Source of the DNA: Octopus sinensis
Taxonomy: Eukaryota
Assembly (NCBI RefSeq): GCF_006345805.1
Contig: NC_043011.1
Location: forward strand, 39,134,464 to 39,198,463
Reading direction: 5' to 3'
Length of the DNA: 64,000 bases
The notes under the pieces were generated by a model that was given only the letters and a program-made list of their open reading frames with translations, did not search any database and was not told where the DNA came from. Below are positions 39,111-51,490 of the stretch, piece by piece. Made by a program: the position numbers and the translations under genes. Within the stretch, counting starts at the first letter, position 1. Each line of letters opens with the position of its first letter.

Positions 39111-39583
39111 TATCGTGTGTCTGATGTCATGTGCGTGATTGTGTGTGCGTCGAGTTTTGTTTTTTTTTACATTAGTATTTTTAAAATTTTGCTTTATTAT
39201 CATTCGTTATAATTTTTTTTTACCTCCTGTTACTGCTTTTTTTCCTTTCTTTATAATTTTCTGATATTTTCTAAATTTTATTCATTTTTCTTTCACATTT
39301 TGATATTGGCATTTGAAAAATTAGTGCCAGCATACTCACATTTGTATTTTTTTTGCTGGTTCATACTTTACGACCATATATTTATACATTTATATTATAT
39401 ATGTATATATATACATATACATACACACCCATAATGTATGTATATACATTTACATAGTAGATCATACAAACATGGAAAATTTAACTATTTCTCCGTAAAT
39501 TGGGAAAATGATGAACAGTTTTAATCGATTTTCAAACCATATTGGGTCTGTGTCAGAGATGTGTGTATGTGTGTGTCTATGGT

Positions 39584-39634
<51 letters not shown>

Positions 39635-39639
39635 ATGTA

Positions 39640-40747
39640 CAAGGTGGTATCAAAAGGTTCTCAGACTAGTTCTGTAGCGTGCCAACAGATGGCAGCACAC
39701 AGTTGCGTGCACTGTGAAAGCTAGCAGAGACCTTCAGGAGGCAGTGTGCTGAGTGACATCACTGCGTTTAATTTGGAAGTTGGTGAAATTTGTGTTATCT
39801 TGATCACGTGTATGCTGTAGTCTGTGATTTTGTTGTGGGCAGGAATAAAGAGCAAATGTGAAATTTTGCCTTAAACTTGGGAAGTCTGCTATGGAGGCAT
39901 TGATTATGCCTCAGCAAGCTTATGGCGGTGAGGCAATGGATTGTATACAATGCATCATGTGGCATGCACACTTCAAAAGCGGAAGACCGTCCCTGGAAGA
40001 CCTGCCATGAGTTGTCCCACCTGGAAATGTGGTATTGTGATCACGTGACCGACCAGGCTATCAGATGTTGTAACACATCGCTGGTCAGAATGCGCTTTGC
40101 ATTGTTTTAGCCTTCAAACGACGCCACCACGCTGGCTAAGCGAGCAGAAGAAAGAGTGAGAGAAAGTTGTGGCGAAAGAGTACAGCAAGGATCGCCACCA
40201 CCCCCTGCCGGAGCCTCGTAGAGTTTTAGGTGTTTTTGCTCAATAAACACTCACAACGCCCAGTCTGGGAATCAAAACCATGATCCTACGACCGCGAGTC
40301 CACTGCCCTAACCACTGGACCATTGCGCCTCCACATGGTATTGTGCAATAGGAATTTATTCCCCACGGCGAGACTGTCAACTGGTTCTTTGGAGTGTGAA
40401 GAATTGGGTTCTTCACCAAGCTTTCCTCACTTATGAGTGTCTTGCCGAAAACAACATGGTATCGCTTCTGCACCCATCCTATTCACCAGATTTAGCACCT
40501 GTGGGCTTCCATCTCTTCTCAGAGATAAAAAAAAGTTCAAAGGTTGCCGTTCTAACACCATTGTTGAGATCCAGAGCAAATCACAGAACGTCCTCCACTC
40601 GCTTACCGAAAGCAAATTCCAGGCCAGATTCCTAGTGTTGCTGCACTAGGTAACTATTTCGAAGGAGATGTTGTTAAAGCTTAGGAAATTTTTTTTTTTG
40701 TTTCATTAAACATAACTAGTCTAGTAACCCTTTGAAAAACCACCTTG
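39640..40747 (+). mobile_element. Internally deleted mariner element with both TIRs and TA TSD
   Basis: Left TA|CAAGGTGGTATCAAAAGGTTCTCAGACTAGTT and right AACTAGTCTAGTAACCCTTTGAAAAACCACCTTG|TA. Relic NVKFCLKLGKSAMEAL...KSGRPSLED (HTH region), GIVQ.EFIPHGETVN and HPSYSPDLAP. Confidence 0.9.
40040..40335 (-). mobile_element. tRNA-derived SINE family E nested in the mariner, 10-bp TSD
   Basis: TGGTATTGTG at 40030-40039 and 40336-40345; head GGCGCAATGGTCCAGTGGTTAGGGCAGTGGACTCGCGG...TTTGATTCCC. Confidence 0.85.
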
Positions 40748-41110
40748 TATATATTCCATTCATCAGTTTTTCAACATACATGCCAGGACCAGCTTACCCT
40801 TATCTGTGCTAATTTTCAGCCAGCTTTTTTACCCTGACCACTTAAAAAAAATGGAACTAGGTTCCCCAGTCAGCAGGATGTTTACCTCAGACAGTTAGTC
40901 TCTTTAGATGCAGTCCTTTTATATTTCTCATGTTTCATGTTTTTCTGTTTGCATGGGTTAGAGGAATATAGAACCATTGATAAGGCATTGAGCTGGCAGA
41001 AATGTTGCATGCTGGGCTTAATGGTATTAGTGGTATTTCATCTGTCTTTACGTTCTGAGTTCAAATTCCACCAAGGTCGACTTTGTCTTTCGTCCTTTCG
41101 AGGTTGATGA

Positions 41111-41431
41111 ATTAAGTACTAGTTGCATCCTGAAGTCGATCTAATCGAATGGCCACCTCCCCTAAAATTTCAGGCCTTGTGCCTAGAGTAGAAAAGATTA
41201 CTATAGAACCTTTGATTTACATCTGGTTGGGCTTCTTTCACTGACCTTTCTTGCTTTGCATTTAAGGGATAAATTAAGTACTAGTTGTATCCTGAGGTCG
41301 ATCTAATCGAATGGCCCCCTCCCCCAAAATTTCAGGCCTTGTGCCTAGAGTAGGAAAGATTACTATAGAACCTTTGATTTACATCTGGTTGGCCTTCTTT
41401 CACTGACCCTTCTTGTTTTGCATTTAAGGGA
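41111..41431. repeat. Tandem duplication, 162-bp period (SINE B tail plus flank)
   Basis: ATTAAGTACTAGTTG at 41111 and 41273; the copies differ by several substitutions. Confidence 0.9.
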
Positions 41432-41668
41432 GTTTCCACTTCCATTCCACTTGTTTTTGACAGCAAGCAAATGATTTGTTACCCAGGAAATATCAGGAAA
41501 CAGCAACATTGTAGCTCAGTGCAGAATCTAAGCATTGAGAAACATGTAGATTCACTTGCAACACATTGGACAGTGCTCTAGGATAATAGAAGACACCTTG
41601 TCCAAGGAACTGTGCTGTGAAGCTCAATCTGAAACCACATGATATTGTGCCACATAAAAAAGCATTAA

Positions 41669-41720
41669 CCCTTTCGTTACTATATTTCTGACCAAAACAC
41701 ACCCCTCATGAGTTTCAATT
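41669..41720 (+). mobile_element. piggyBac-like terminal fragment
   Basis: TTAA|CCCTTTCGTTAC; the same TIR start occurs at 50195 and, reverse-complemented, at 53277-53288. Confidence 0.55.
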
Positions 41721-43227
41721 AAATTCCAAATAATAATAATGCTAGCAGGCCTTGCTACCCTAGACTGATGCCGAGAAAGACTCAGAAACATGCATGTCTC
41801 TAGGTGCTGGCCTGGCCGTTGGGAGTGCTTGTCTCCCCTTTGTAAATATAAGGACACAAAAAATGTGTCAAAGCCGACAGAAAGCGTCGACGCTTCCTAG
41901 GGCTAAATCGCGGTGGTGTGATTCCCTTTACGGGACTGTCACGTTAAGTTGACAGTATAAAACCGCTCTATCGTTCCACCACGGCTCATATCTCTCTGTG
42001 ATATTTAGAAATTTAATATTTCTAATAATGCTTGCATTGTTGAATTTTTCCCATTGTGCCATTCGAAAACAAGAAGCGGTTTAAAGTCTTTATACGTTCA
42101 TTCAAAAATTGGGCTTTCACTACTGCGTCCAGACAGACATGCATATACACTCGTGCACACATGCACATCCACACACGCTAATGTGCATGTGGTGTGTATG
42201 CAATTGCAATGTCGTTAACATTTTTGTTCAAGCAAATATTCCTTGACGAGAAGGCTGGTAATTAAAATATACCCAAGGTGGATGCACCTCAGATATAATT
42301 AACTGAGACTTTTAAGATGGGAAATCGCTACATTAACACGTAATCTATGCATGCATATGCATGAAACACACATATACACTTGCATTGAAACTTCTCCTCC
42401 TCCTCCTCCAGTACAAGACATTAGCAAATTTTGTAATTATTCTAGTAAATGTGTATATTTAATTAAAGAACTCAGGCACTATGATTAGTGCGTGTGTGGC
42501 TGGGTTAAGGGGCGGGGGCAGTTAATTAAAACTTTTATTCCTAATGAATTTCTTCAGGTACAATTTATAAACACGCACATGCACGTCAAAAAAATGTGCA
42601 CGTTTGCACACGTATGAAAAAAAAGCACGCCTTCAGAAACACATACATAGAAGTGGATGTATTGCATACATACATACAACTGCAGACACACACACAACAC
42701 AACACAAAAGGATGCATACATTAAGACATACAACCGAATGCATATGCATTGACACATACACAGCACGCACAAATAAACGCACATATAATTGCATATGCAC
42801 ATATGCATACAAATGTGCTTAGATGAATACGCACACAAATGAATGCATGTGCGTATAAACAAAAGGTTGCAGTACACAAATATATAGATACAAATGATCG
42901 CCTATGCACACAAGCGTGCATACATAAACACATGTACTAATGGATGCATACATACGCACACAAACATGCACACATACATACACAACTATGTATGGACATG
43001 TAACTGCTTATATAGAAATGAATGTATATGTATACACACACAAGCGAAACAAAAGTTAAGTTTACATAAACACATACATGCAGAAGATTACATGCACACA
43101 TACGCGTGCACGCGCATGCACAATAAGATGCACGACAGCGAAAGAAATAGAAAAGTGCAAATTGTGACTCTTACTAAATCATGCGTATGTTTGTGCGCAT
43201 GTGTGTCCCTTTGTGTGAAAGGTTCTA

Positions 43228-43258
<31 letters not shown>

Positions 43259-43399
43259 ATGCACGCATGCGCAAGTGTATTTACCTGTAATGTATTTGTG
43301 TGTCTACCTGTCTTTGGACTTGTAGATGATTATGATGGTAGTAAAAGCAAAGCCAAAAAAAAAAAGGTCCATTGTCAAATTGCATTTAAGTACTGAAAA

Positions 43400-44158
43400 A
43401 AATAACCAAAAAAAAAATTCTGTTCCCCCTCCTCCCCAGAATTCCACAAAAAAACTTGTTTTTCCTCATATTCTAGTTATTTCATTTTATGTATATATTT
43501 TTTCATCCCTGCCATTTTTTTCTCTTTTTTTTCCCCCCCCCCAATTTCTTCACCTCACCCCTAATTCATTCATTCTCTCTTCTGCATCACCTGTAAGCTT
43601 AGTCTTCCATTTTTTGTCATTTCATTCTCTATTTTGTTATATTTTAATTTCATTTTATATATATTTTTTTTTTATTTATTACCATTTTTGCATCAACCAG
43701 CAGCAGTGAAATCCCTATCCTTGTGATAGACATTTCCTATATAGCTTTTACAACAGCCTTCATAACCCCTTGACCCCCTTCTGTCTCATCTTGTAATGAT
43801 CCCCCCCTCCACCTTCCTTCCTTCTTTCCTTCTGTCCTTCCTCAGCATGTGGTGTGTATGTAACTGAAACATTTCACTTGCAGAACCTTTTGCTCTCTCC
43901 TCCTCATCCTTCCATAACCCATCTTTTCATTCTTCCCCTCATCCCCCTCAGCTTTCTGTGCCTCTCACTCTTTCTCCCCCTTACTGTCTCTGTTTCTCCC
44001 TTTGTCTCTGTATACCTGTTTGTATCTATCTCCTTTTGTGTCTGTCCCTCTCCCTTTCGCTCCCACACTCACTCTCTCTCTCTCTCTCACTGCCCCCTCT
44101 CTCTCCTCTGTTCTGTTTTTCTGTCCTGTATATCTTTCTTTCTAATCTCCTGTCTCTG

Positions 44159-44191
<33 letters not shown>

Positions 44192-44760
44192 TCTGTTTCT
44201 CCCCCTCTGATCAGTTTCCCTATCTGTCCTCTCTCTCTCCATCCTCTCCCTGTTTCTCTGTCTCTCTCTGCCAGCTCTCAGTCCCCCCTCTCTCTGTCCC
44301 CTTTCTCTCTGCCACCTCTCTCTATGCCCTATTTCTCTCTGCCCCTATTATGTCACTCTATCCTTTCTAGTCTCTACTCTTCTAATTCTTCTTTCTTTTC
44401 CTTCATTTCCTTCCTTCCTTCCTAACAGCTCACTCTCTACATTTGTATTCCATTTCTAAATGCTTCTCTGCTAATTCTTCCTGGAATACCCTCCAAACCT
44501 TTTGTAATCCTTTCGTACCCCATTTTTTCTCTTTTATTTCTCTCTTCATTTTCTTCCCCTTTAACCTTCCTTCTCATTCCTTCCCCAATCCTTCACTCTC
44601 CACAACCTCCTCACCCCTTCACCAATTTCTCTATGTCCCCCCACCCGAGATATGTCCTTCACAAGCCCCCCTCCACATACAAACAGGACTCTCCCCCACC
44701 CCACTGAAAACCTCACTCATCTCCCGCATAAACCTCACTTAATTGTGCTTATGATAAACG
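43400..44760 (+). repeat. Long pyrimidine-biased (CT-rich) low-complexity tract
   Basis: Directly visible; followed by an ACC/CAC-rich tract at about 44800-45270. Confidence 0.9.
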
Positions 44761-45599
44761 ACCTATATGCATGCAGAAACCTACACGGACTCCAAGGAAG
44801 GGTGGCACAACCACCACTATCACTACTGCTACCCATACTATCTTGACAACCATCAGCCACAACCAACACCACTAGTGCCACTCACTGCCACCACCACCTC
44901 CAGTATTCACTGCCAAAACTTATCGCCACACCTACCACATACCATCAGCAGTCATAGCTATCAATGCAACGCAACCACCTCAACCACCACCATCGCTGCT
45001 ACTGTTCACCAAAGCTATGACCACAACATGACAACCACCACACAACATCCGCAGTGTCATCACCATGACCACTGTCCAACATTCACCAGCAAAAAAACTA
45101 TCGCCAGAATATGACTATGGTAACTATTATTACTAGCACCAGCACCACCACCACCAAAACTATCTCTACCACTCACCATCCTTTGCCAAAACTAACACAA
45201 TCACTACCACTAGCGCCACCCCCCCCACTGTCATCATCACTATGACCACCGTCACTATCATCACTACCGCCACCACCCTGATTGAGAACTATGACCTTTG
45301 CAATGACGCAGTGAGGACTACCGTTATGTGGTCTTTCAGCCTTTTACAAATAGTAGCCAGAATCCCTCCTCACAACAGCCCTGAAATTATTCCCCACTGC
45401 TTTTTAGAAGTACAGATAAAACTGGTAAATGCTGGAAAAAGAGGAGTAATGGCCACGGATGGAATGCTTTTAATTGTAGGTCTCTCTGGATTTGACTTGA
45501 TCTGGGTATAATCACCACTGTTGCTGCTGCTACTACTACTACCATCACTATTACCACTACTATCATTAATTATTACCAGTTCTGCTGCTAATAATAATA

Positions 45600-45990
45600 A
45601 TAATAATTAATTATATCAACTCCAGTGTTCCACAGGTACTTATTTCATTGACCCCCCAAAAGGGCGAAAGGCAAAGTTGACCTCGGCAGAATTAGTGACA
45701 GGTGGAATAATTGCTAAGCATTTTGTCTGGTATGCTAACGATTTTGCTAGCTCGCCACTGTAGATGATGATGATGATTTTAAATTTTTGGCGTGGGAGCA
45801 GCTTCGAGGAGGGGATTAAGTCATTTCCATTGACCCCAGTGTTTCACTGGTACGTAATTTATCGAATACGAAAAGAGGAAAGGCAAAGTCAACCTTGGCG
45901 GGATTTGAACTCAGAACGTAGCAGCAGGCAAAATACCGCTAAATATTATTCTGTCCAGCATGCTAACGATTCTGCCAATTCACCACCATA
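45600..45990 (-). mobile_element. Two family B SINE copies
   Basis: GGCAAAGTTGACCTCGGCAGAATT and GCTAACGATT motifs, each present twice. Confidence 0.75.
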
Positions 45991-45991
45991 G

Positions 45992-46023
<32 letters not shown>

Positions 46024-46723
46024 GTTGATATCACTACTATAACTACCACCACTTGCTGCTACTGCTGCTGTAAATACTTCTACTACTACTACTACTACAA
46101 AGACAATCATCACCAATATGACTGCTACCATCACTTGCCCCACCACTACTATTACTGCTACCACCACCACCACCACCATCACTCCCCACCTCCACCACAT
46201 GCTATTGCTGCAACTATTACTCCTACTGCTGCTGCGGCGTCCCTTCTCCATCCCAGTGTGCCATGAAATAAAATTTCCTGACTTTAATATACACAACACC
46301 GTTGTCATTGTCTTAATCTATGTTTAGTTGACTCTAAATAACCATAATTATTTTTACTGGCAGCAACCTGGATGAAAATTACATGTAACCGGTTCTCTGT
46401 GTGTGTGCGTTTGAAGGATGGGATAGGGTGGGGCAAGGCGGCGTGGGGGAGGTGAGGTTTAACGCAGTGGATGTGTAAGCTTGTATATATATGTGTGTGC
46501 ATGTGTCTGCGCATATGTAATTGTGCACATGCATCTGCCTCTGCCGCTAGAGATTTGCTCATAACTACATATACATGTATAGATGCGTTTTGTGTATGTG
46601 TTGGTATGTGTGCATTTACGTGTGTGTGTGTATGTACATACACATAAACATATATATATATATATATATGTATATACACATAAGCATACATATATGTACA
46701 TACACATAAACATATATATATAT

Positions 46724-46755
<32 letters not shown>

Positions 46756-47430
46756 CATAAACATACATATGTACATACACATAAATGTGCATATATAGCC
46801 ATGCACATACATGTGTGTTTGTGCGTGCATGGATATGCATGCAGTCATTCCTGTGGTTCATCTTGCTACTGGCGTGCATGCACAAAAAACCCCATGAACC
46901 ATCACTCAGTCATGCATCACAAAAAACAGTAAGAAGGTTAACATATGCACACACGCACACTCTCGAGAATGAGATGTATGTTACCCCCAGTGACTAATAA
47001 GTCTTAGCAAGGTATTTTTCTCCGAAGTTCTCCACAAATGTTCTTGTGAACTACAAATTATTTGGCGCTATATCCTGAAGTCTACACAGTGAGCGAAGAA
47101 ATAGAAGAAGTGAAATTCTGATAAACAACATAAAAGAAATACGATGAGGATATTTGTAAAGTGATAGCTGAAGATTCTTTTTATATCTGACTATTCAGAG
47201 ATATTTCCCCCCAACATCAAATGTATATTTTCAGTGACACAGAGGTTTTGTTGATTCCTATTGCCAGGAAATGGTTAGGTGCAGTGTTGCCTCATACTGT
47301 AGCAAATGCTTTTAAGCTTTTAATACTTGCAGATATCGCATGGTTAATTTGTATGTCTGAGTAAAACAGAGCGAGCGTCTTCCACCAGCCTGCTACTAAC
47401 CAATGTGAATCAGCTTGGCTGGTGTTTTAT

Positions 47431-47646
47431 TAATCTTTTCTCCTCTAGGCACAAGGCCCAAAATTTTGGGGGAGGGGGACAGTCAATTAGGTCGACCCCA
47501 GTATGCAACTGGTACTTAATTTATCGACCTCGAAAGGATGAAAGGCAAAGTCGACCTCGGCGGAATTTGAACTCAGACGTAACGGCAGACGAAATACCGC
47601 TGAGCATTTTGCCCGGCGTGCTAACGTTTCTGCCAGCTCGCCGCCT
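47431..47646 (-). mobile_element. SINE family B, near-consensus copy
   Basis: Minus strand GGCGGCGAGCTGGCAGAAACGTTAGCACGCCGGGC...GAGTTCAAATTCCGCCGAGGTCGACTTTGCCTTTCATCCTTTCGAGGTCGATAAATTAAGTACC; CpG-rich, so probably young. Confidence 0.9.
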
Positions 47647-48225
47647 TTACGCTGGTGTTTTATTAATAGCGTATGTTACAGTCAAGATTACATGAAGGGG
47701 TGCATGCTGTGAAAAACCACTGGTGAACTGGTCCAGAATTTCTCAAGTGTTTCATGTCAAAACTGTTGTCCTTCAAGTTCCATATATATCTGGAAAGTGC
47801 TGTGGCATTTCTCTTCTCATCATTTGAATAGAATGAAGTGTAAAGGAGGAAGCACTTTTAAATTTGTGTTGTTAAATCTTCATTACAATGTTTAATTAAT
47901 TTTAAAATTTCAGTTAATTAATATTGGCTTAGTAAATCAGGTAATCGGTTTGCATTTCCTCTTACTATATTCGTGTCAACATTAATAAACAATTTTCTTT
48001 TCTGTTATTTGTACGCTTAGTTGGATGTATGTATATATGGATGAGTATGTGCAAATAAACACATGTACGTGTACATATTGATGTACATCTTGGTGTATTT
48101 ACATATGCATTTATCTGCTTATATGTGGGTCTGTATGCACATATGTGCATATATATGTATTTGTGTGTTTGTGATTATATGTGTAACTGTGTTTCTGTAT
48201 ATTGCATACGTATATTTATAAACGT

Positions 48226-48264
48226 CTGTAATACTGTTTTTTTTTCTTTCTATTTCAGGTGAGT
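48226..48264 (+). other. Candidate recursive splice site
   Basis: GTAAT branch-like motif at 48228-48232, pyrimidine tract T9-CTTTCTATTTC, AG at 48257-48258, GTGAGT at 48259-48264. Confidence 0.45.
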
Positions 48265-48804
48265 TATATATATATTTTTTTTTTACATCTAATTTGTTTT
48301 ACCTCTGGATTCCGTTTCCTGTCTGTCTGTCATACCGACAACAAGAATTGGAATGATGCAAAGATGGGAATAAGAGTCTGACAGAGTGAAAAGAAACGAG
48401 ACAAAAGGATTAACTACAATGGAAACGGTTTTCAGGAAGGAATTCTAGCAGTGATTCTAAGATTCTAAGATGACAAAATCACAAACAATACTTCCCTCCC
48501 CCCCACCAAAAAATAAAAAAGAAAGCATAGTAAAACAAACACAACCAATATTGGAATATTGTTCAAACATCAAGGCGACAAAGTATGTTTCTTTTTTGTA
48601 TTTATTTTTGTATTATTAGCAAGGTAAGCAATTTAGCTGGGAATATTCTACATTAGGTTATTTTCTTAAGAGATATGTGTGTGTGTAAGTATTTGTGTAT
48701 GTGTATATATATATGTGTGCATGCATGTGTGGGTAGTTGTGTGTATGTGCATATATGTATGTGTATGTCCATATATGTATATGTATGTGAATATGTATGA
48801 TGTA

Positions 48805-48852
<48 letters not shown>

Positions 48853-49129
48853 TATTTGTTAATATATATATATATATATATACATACACACACACACATA
48901 CACACTTATTAGTAACTACAGTACAAGCACTGTGATAGAGATGTAAGATAAACTTCAGAGGTGTTTTTATTAAGCACACATTTTTAGCCTCTCTATGAAA
49001 GATGTGTACTTTGTTTAAACCAAAAAATATTTCTGTCTTTGACTAGAAAACACATTGATACCTGACTGGCTTTAATGTTGTTTTATTCTTTCATTGGGTT
49101 ATGAATACACACATTACTAATCATAGAGA

Positions 49130-49485
49130 GAATGGTTCTCCCAGACATCCAGTCTTGAAACTCCTCCATGGTAGTCTGTATGAATGAGGGAGGGTTGAGT
49201 ATCCTTACTCATCATAAACTATGACTTTATTTATTGCCCCTCAGTACTTAGTTTACCCTGCTATCACAAAACCCTTCGTTTACATTTAGTTTCCTTAGTT
49301 GAGTTGGGGTGGCACCCTGTCAAAGGCCTTCTCCAAGTCAACAGATACCAAGAATTGTGATTTCTTCTTACCAAAGTATTTCTCCCACGGTTGTCTCATG
49401 ATGAAAATTTCATCCGTGGTTCCTCTGTCGGGCATCAATCCAAACCCCATCTCATCTTGGTCAATTCTCTTTCGAGTCCACTGTG
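49130..49485 (-). pseudogene. RTE-clade reverse transcriptase relic
   Basis: Minus strand FGLMPDRGTTDEIFIMRQPWEKY...SVDLEKAFDRVP, and further on a degraded ...EEFKTGC.. segment. Confidence 0.8.
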
Positions 49486-49739
49486 CTATGACTACACTCT
49501 CTCTTTCTCTCTCTCTCTCTCTTCATAGACTCGTCTAACAATATAGTGCCTCCGTTATTTCCCCTTTCTGAAGAATCTAGGTGTAGATGAAATGCTGGCT
49601 AAAAGGCAAGTTCATTGCAGGTACTAAGGTGAAGAATTCTCTCTTTTGGTGAAAAGGTGTAGAAACTCCATATCTATTCAGTGTTGCTCTTTGTCATATT
49701 CCCAGACATTAATGTTTCCAGCTGTTTAGTCATTATATA

Positions 49740-50190
49740 TCTCTTATTATAAAAGGCAGATTTTATCTGCCTCCCTTTGGGAGTTATAGAAATCTACAAT
49801 ATAGGATTTCTTCAATTACAATTTACCTAGCATTTTTAAGAGTAGAATGCATCGGGTCATGCCAGGTCCAGTTTTTAAAATTTAAACTCCAATTAAGCAA
49901 AATTTACAGAAAACTCACATTCTGGTGTGTATGTCAAATGCTTTTCTTAGTCTGGTTTACAGCACACGCAAACGCACACACACAGTGTGCAACGAATAAA
50001 GTGAAACTAGATGTAATATTTGTTTCTGTCTATCACGCTGATAGATACATGAGTAAAATGTATGGGAAGCTAACAGATAAGAGTGAGTGAAAATGTTCTT
50101 GGAAGAGAGTAAATTAGCGACAGAGTGATTTGAGGAAGACTAAACTGAAAGTATGAAACAGTGTTTATGTATAAACAGACGACACTTATA
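49740..50190 (+). mobile_element. Possible Helitron-like element, 3' end not seen
   Basis: A|TCTCTTATTATAAAAGGCAG start resembles the Helitron 5' ends in this window; 8-bp hairpin AGGCAGAT-TTT-ATCTGCCT at 49754-49772. Confidence 0.3.
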
Positions 50191-50194
50191 TAAA

Positions 50195-50520
50195 CCCTTT
50201 CGTTACCAAACCGCCCGAATTTACCTATTCATATTTAAATGAGAATATCAGAGTAAATCTCTTTAGTACATTCGTGAAAACACGTATTATACTTCGTAAA
50301 CACTTCAAATACAGTTTTGTACAAAAATCGAAGTGTAATTTTAATTCCGTGAATTATGGGAGATTTTTTTCCGAAATTTGTTCCTATTGAGTTTTCAAAA
50401 TTTGTAATTCTGACAAAAAAATGGATACGAATTTCATTATATCAAGCAGCGAGTCAGAATTCGAAGGATTTTCTACTGAAGACCTTCATAAATCTAACTC
50501 TATGACTGAAAAAAAAAAGC
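50195..50520 (+). mobile_element. piggyBac-like element left end with transposase N-terminus
   Basis: CCCTTTCGTTACC TIR; ATG at 50421 gives MDTNFIISSSESEFEGFSTEDL, an acidic N-terminus typical of piggyBac transposases; interrupted by a Helitron. Confidence 0.65.
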
Positions 50521-50521
50521 A

Positions 50522-50916
50522 TCTTTATATAAGAGTGAAGTTGTGTGTCTGTCCCCTTCGATTTAGATTCGTAACTACTCCCACATTTTGCGGTGCAGTT
50601 TAACCAAAAGCGGGTATCTTATAGTCGTGATTCATATCGAGCCCTTCTGGGTATTAGCGCGCGTCTACGATGAGTCTACGATTTAAAAAAAATTTACCAT
50701 CATATTTTTCCATTTTAATGCCCTTTTTTCGCTTTTATATAAGGGAAGTAACTCTCTAAAAATATCTATGATGTGTCAACGATTTAAAAAAAAATTTACC
50801 TTAATTTTTTTTCAATTTTTAATGCATTTTTTTGCTATTTTTTGGCTATAACTCTCTAAAAATGCTTATATAGTTATTTCCCTTACAACCCGAGCAACGC
50901 CGGGTGATACTGCTAG
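50522..50916 (+). mobile_element. Non-autonomous Helitron, copy 1
   Basis: A|TC start, 3' hairpin ACCCG-AGCAACGC-CGGGT (50888-50905), CTAG|T end, no TSD. Confidence 0.9.
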
Positions 50917-50929
50917 TACAAGATAAAAA

Positions 50930-51490
50930 AAACATCATTTAATGTCCATTGTCCATACTGGCATGGGGTGGGTGGTATAACCAGAGCGGGCAAGCTGCAC
51001 CACACCCCAGTGTGATTTGGCATGGTTTCTATGGCTGGGTGCCCTTTCTAACACCAACCACTTTACAGAGTGTGCTGGGTGATTTTATGTGGCACTGCAC
51101 AGGCACTTTTACACATGGCCACTACCATGAGTGCTTTTAATGTGGCATCAATCCAGGACTCTTGCAGGTCAATCCTCAACACTGGGGTAACCGGTCTAAA
51201 TACTTCTGCTGTGGAGCATGAGCCTTCTTGAGTACAGCAAGGAGCTAGGCATCTCGGTTCTCTGTCATCTCACCTGAGGTCATTCTTCAGCACTTCATCC
51301 CATGTCTTCCTGTGTCTCCTACTTCCATGTGTTCCATCTAGTTTGAGAGATCGGCGTTTCTTCATGGAGCTGTTGGTATCCATCCGCATCACATGACCAC
51401 ACTACTGCAGTCTCCTCTCTTGCCCACAGCAGTTAATTCCTCTTATGCCTAACTTCTCTCTCAAAGCACCAGCTCTCTGTCGGACACACT
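50930..51490 (-). mobile_element. RTE LINE 3' end: RT C-terminal relic contiguous with family C tail
   Basis: Minus strand LREKLGIRGI...ERRLQ.CGHVMRM...RKTWDEVLKNDL, followed by the AGAAAGGGCACCCAGC / GGACATTAAATGATG tail. Confidence 0.8.

Noticed and set aside
46420-46449. G-quadruplex motif
   Set aside because: Four G-runs, but with an 11-nt loop; weak and unremarkable.
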